This document shows, in pieces, positions 62,314 through 64,000 of a stretch of 64,000 bases of DNA (position 1 is the stretch's first letter; each line of letters begins with the position of its first letter). A model generated the notes under the pieces. It was not told the DNA's origin. It saw only the letters and a list, made by a program, of their open reading frames with translations, and searched no databases. The position numbers and the translations under genes are program-made. Origin of the DNA: an uncultured Solirubrobacterales bacterium. Lineage in GTDB: Bacteria; Actinomycetota; Thermoleophilia; Solirubrobacterales; Solirubrobacteraceae. The DNA lies in the NCBI GenBank assembly GCA_963733245.1, contig CAVTCI010000018.1:19512-83511 (forward strand), written 5' to 3'.

Positions 62314-62655
62314 TCAGTTGGTGCAGTGGGCCGAGGTGTACTTGACGACCTGCGGCTTGCCCTTGACCAGGCGGATCGTGTCGGTCCACCGGCAGCGCGA
62401 GTTGCTGTGGACCGGGATCAGCTCGACCTGGCAGGTGTAGGCCCCGCCGCGGACGGCGTGACAGCCGGTGATCTTGGCCGTGTCGCCCCCGTAGATGGCG
62501 GCGGCGGCGATCGCGTCGCGCTTGGCGACGGCGGCCGCGCTGGCCGCGGTCAGGCGGGTCGCGGAGGCCGAGAGCGCCGGCGCGGCGAGGGACTGGGCCA
62601 GGACGATGGCGGCGGTGGCGGCTCCGGCGAGAGCCTGGTTCTTGGTCGTGAGCAT
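62314..62655 (-). CDS. small secreted Cys-containing hypothetical protein
   Basis: Start trimmed to ATG 62655 (MLTTKNQALAGAATAAIVLAQSLAAPALSA signal peptide). The mature part has 4 Cys residues. Confidence 0.5.
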   Translation of the reverse strand: MLTTKNQALAGAATAAIVLAQSLAAPALSASATRLTAASAAAVAKRDAIAAAAIYGGDTAKITGCHAVRGGAYTCQVELIPVHSNSRCRWTDTIRLVKGKPQVVKYTSAHCTN

Positions 62656-62746
62656 GGTCCGATCGAGCCGGTCCGCGGCTCTCCGACGGACCCTAGCAAC
62701 GCCCGCGCCCGGTCGAGCCGCCAACCCGGCTCGACCCGCCTTCGCC

Positions 62747-63529
62747 TCAGTCGACGGCCCGGCGGCCGAAGCCGCGGACGCCGAGGGCGGTGAAGATGGC
62801 CACCGCCCCGACGCAGCCGAGGGCGATCCAGCCGGGCGCGAGGTGGGGGAGGCGGGTGAGCGAGGCGCGCATGCCCTCGCTGACGTAGGTCAGCGGGTTG
62901 ACCAGGGTGATGTCCTGGAACCAGCGGAGGTGGGTCAGGCTCGGCCAGGGGTAGAACGCCGCCCCCGTGAAGATCAGGGGGGTGAGGACGATCGCGAAGG
63001 CGACGCTGATCCGGTTCGGCGGGACGGCCGTCCCGAGCACCAGGCCCATCGCCGCCCCGGCGAGCGAGCCGAGCAGGAGGACGGGGACGAAGCCGACCCA
63101 GTCGGCCCCGGTCAGGTCGATGCCGCCCGGGAGGATCAGCGCGGCGAGCGGGAAGATGCACAGGGCGGCGATGATCCCGCGCAGGGCGGCGATGACCATC
63201 TTCTGGACGGCGACGGCCGCGGTCGGGAGGGGCGCGAGGAGGCGGTCCTCGATCTCCTTGGTGAAGGAGAACTCGATGACCAGGGGGAGGGCGGTGTTCT
63301 GGAGCGCCGTCAGCACGAGGGTCAGGGCGAGGACCCCGGGCATCAGCTGGGCGCCGTAGGACCCGCGCGCGGCGCCGATCTCCGGGAGGACCCGGCCGAA
63401 GATCAGGAGCAGGAAGATCGGCTGGAGGAGCGCCTGGGCGAGGAACCCGACCGGCTCGTGGCGGACGGTCACCCAGATGTCCCGCTCGCACAGGGCGCGG
63501 AAGGCCCGAGCCTGGACGCCGACCCTCAT
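62747..63529 (-). CDS. ABC-2 type transporter permease
   Basis: Start at ATG 63529 (MRVGVQARAFRALCERDIWVTVRH...), overlapping the ATPase stop (ATGA). Six TM helices. Confidence 0.8.
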   Translation of the reverse strand: MRVGVQARAFRALCERDIWVTVRHEPVGFLAQALLQPIFLLLIFGRVLPEIGAARGSYGAQLMPGVLALTLVLTALQNTALPLVIEFSFTKEIEDRLLAPLPTAAVAVQKMVIAALRGIIAALCIFPLAALILPGGIDLTGADWVGFVPVLLLGSLAGAAMGLVLGTAVPPNRISVAFAIVLTPLIFTGAAFYPWPSLTHLRWFQDITLVNPLTYVSEGMRASLTRLPHLAPGWIALGCVGAVAIFTALGVRGFGRRAVD

Positions 63530-64000
63530 CGGAGGTCCCGCCCGGTCAGATGGACGAAGACGTCCTCGAGGCTGCCCTCGATCCGGCGCATCTCGACCAG
63601 GGCCGGCTCGCCGCCGTCGGCCGCCCGGAGCGCGGCGAGCGCCACCTCGGGGAGGCGGGCGGCCTCGCCGTAGAGGCGCACCCGCCAGCGGCCCGGCGCT
63701 CCCGCGGCCGAGTCGGCCCGCTCGATCCCCGGCCGGCCGGCGAAGACGGCGGCCGGGTCGGCGGGCGTCTCGAGGGTGAGCTCGAGGCCGCTGACCGCCG
63801 GGAGGAGCCGGCGCAGGCCGGCCGGCGTGTCGAGGGCGATCACCTGGCCATGGTCCATGATCGCGATCCGGTCGCACAGGCGGTCGGCCTCGAGCATGTC
63901 GTGGGTGGTCAGCAGGAGGGTCACCCCCCGGGAGCGGAGGTCGACGATCCGCTCCCAGAGGAAGAGCCGGGACTGGGGGTCGAGGCCGGTCGTCGGCTCG
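63526..64000 (-). CDS. ABC transporter ATP-binding protein (partial; 5' part outside window)
   Basis: ...PTTGLDPQSRLFLWERIVDLRSRGVTLLLTTHDMLEADRLCDRIAIMDHGQVIA... Walker B, D-loop and H-loop, plus a C-terminal regulatory extension. Confidence 0.85.
   Translation of the reverse strand, partial: EPTTGLDPQSRLFLWERIVDLRSRGVTLLLTTHDMLEADRLCDRIAIMDHGQVIALDTPAGLRRLLPAVSGLELTLETPADPAAVFAGRPGIERADSAAGAPGRWRVRLYGEAARLPEVALAALRAADGGEPALVEMRRIEGSLEDVFVHLTGRDLR

Noticed and set aside
1-64000. Searched by eye for tRNA/rRNA genes, IS elements, transposases, integrases, toxin-antitoxin pairs and cas genes.
   Set aside because: None were recognised. The less G+C-rich intergenic stretches examined did not show tRNA cloverleaf features. 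A tRNAscan/Infernal run would be needed for certainty.

Overview
Very G+C-rich, gene-dense chromosomal segment. Its content looks Actinomycetota-like (inference): an LCP protein, an L,D-transpeptidase, an LpqY/SugABC-like sugar importer and a ydaO-class riboswitch. About 65 protein-coding genes can be supported. Many are translationally coupled through ATGA/GTGA/TGATG start-stop overlaps. Most of the long ORFs in the six-frame track are antisense or off-frame artefacts of the base composition, with Arg/Pro/Gly-rich translations.

Recognisable content:
- Housekeeping and metabolism: SAM methyltransferase, ArfB, two tandem S51 peptidases, glutamine synthetase, pyruvate phosphate dikinase with a CoA-transferase/MaoC pair, and a 1-Cys peroxiredoxin.
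- Transport and regulation: a LacI/PfkB/ribose-type ABC sugar locus, an FtsX-type ABC exporter with two ATPases next to an OmpR/HK pair, a second sugar ABC operon with a GH13 glucosidase and a Tat-exported BBE/AA7-like flavo-oxidase, an Fe(III) ABC importer and an ABC-2 exporter.
- Other: an AIM24-family operon and a selenocysteine-containing formate dehydrogenase alpha subunit (in-frame TGA plus a SECIS-like hairpin).
- Cell envelope: a coiled-coil LAS peptidase, an LCP protein and a frameshifted NodB deacetylase.

Non-coding calls: a c-di-AMP (ydaO-class) riboswitch, a 165-nt imperfect hairpin that fills a convergent intergenic gap, candidate LacI and OmpR-type operator repeats, and several hairpin terminators.

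Most unusual observations:
1. A roughly 1.9-kb A/T-enriched two-gene island (a GlnD/DUF294-like nucleotidyltransferase plus a small AP-endonuclease-2/xylose-isomerase-like TIM barrel). It is bracketed by the peroxiredoxin 3' end and a decayed duplicate of that 3' end.
2. A roughly 740-bp double minisatellite (about 12 x 37 nt, then about 8 x 38 nt) immediately downstream of a ParB/Srx-like gene.
3. A recurring pattern of tandem duplications that contain the stop codon and last codons of a gene, seen at five separate gene ends.

No rRNA, tRNA, CRISPR array, transposase or integrase was recognised.
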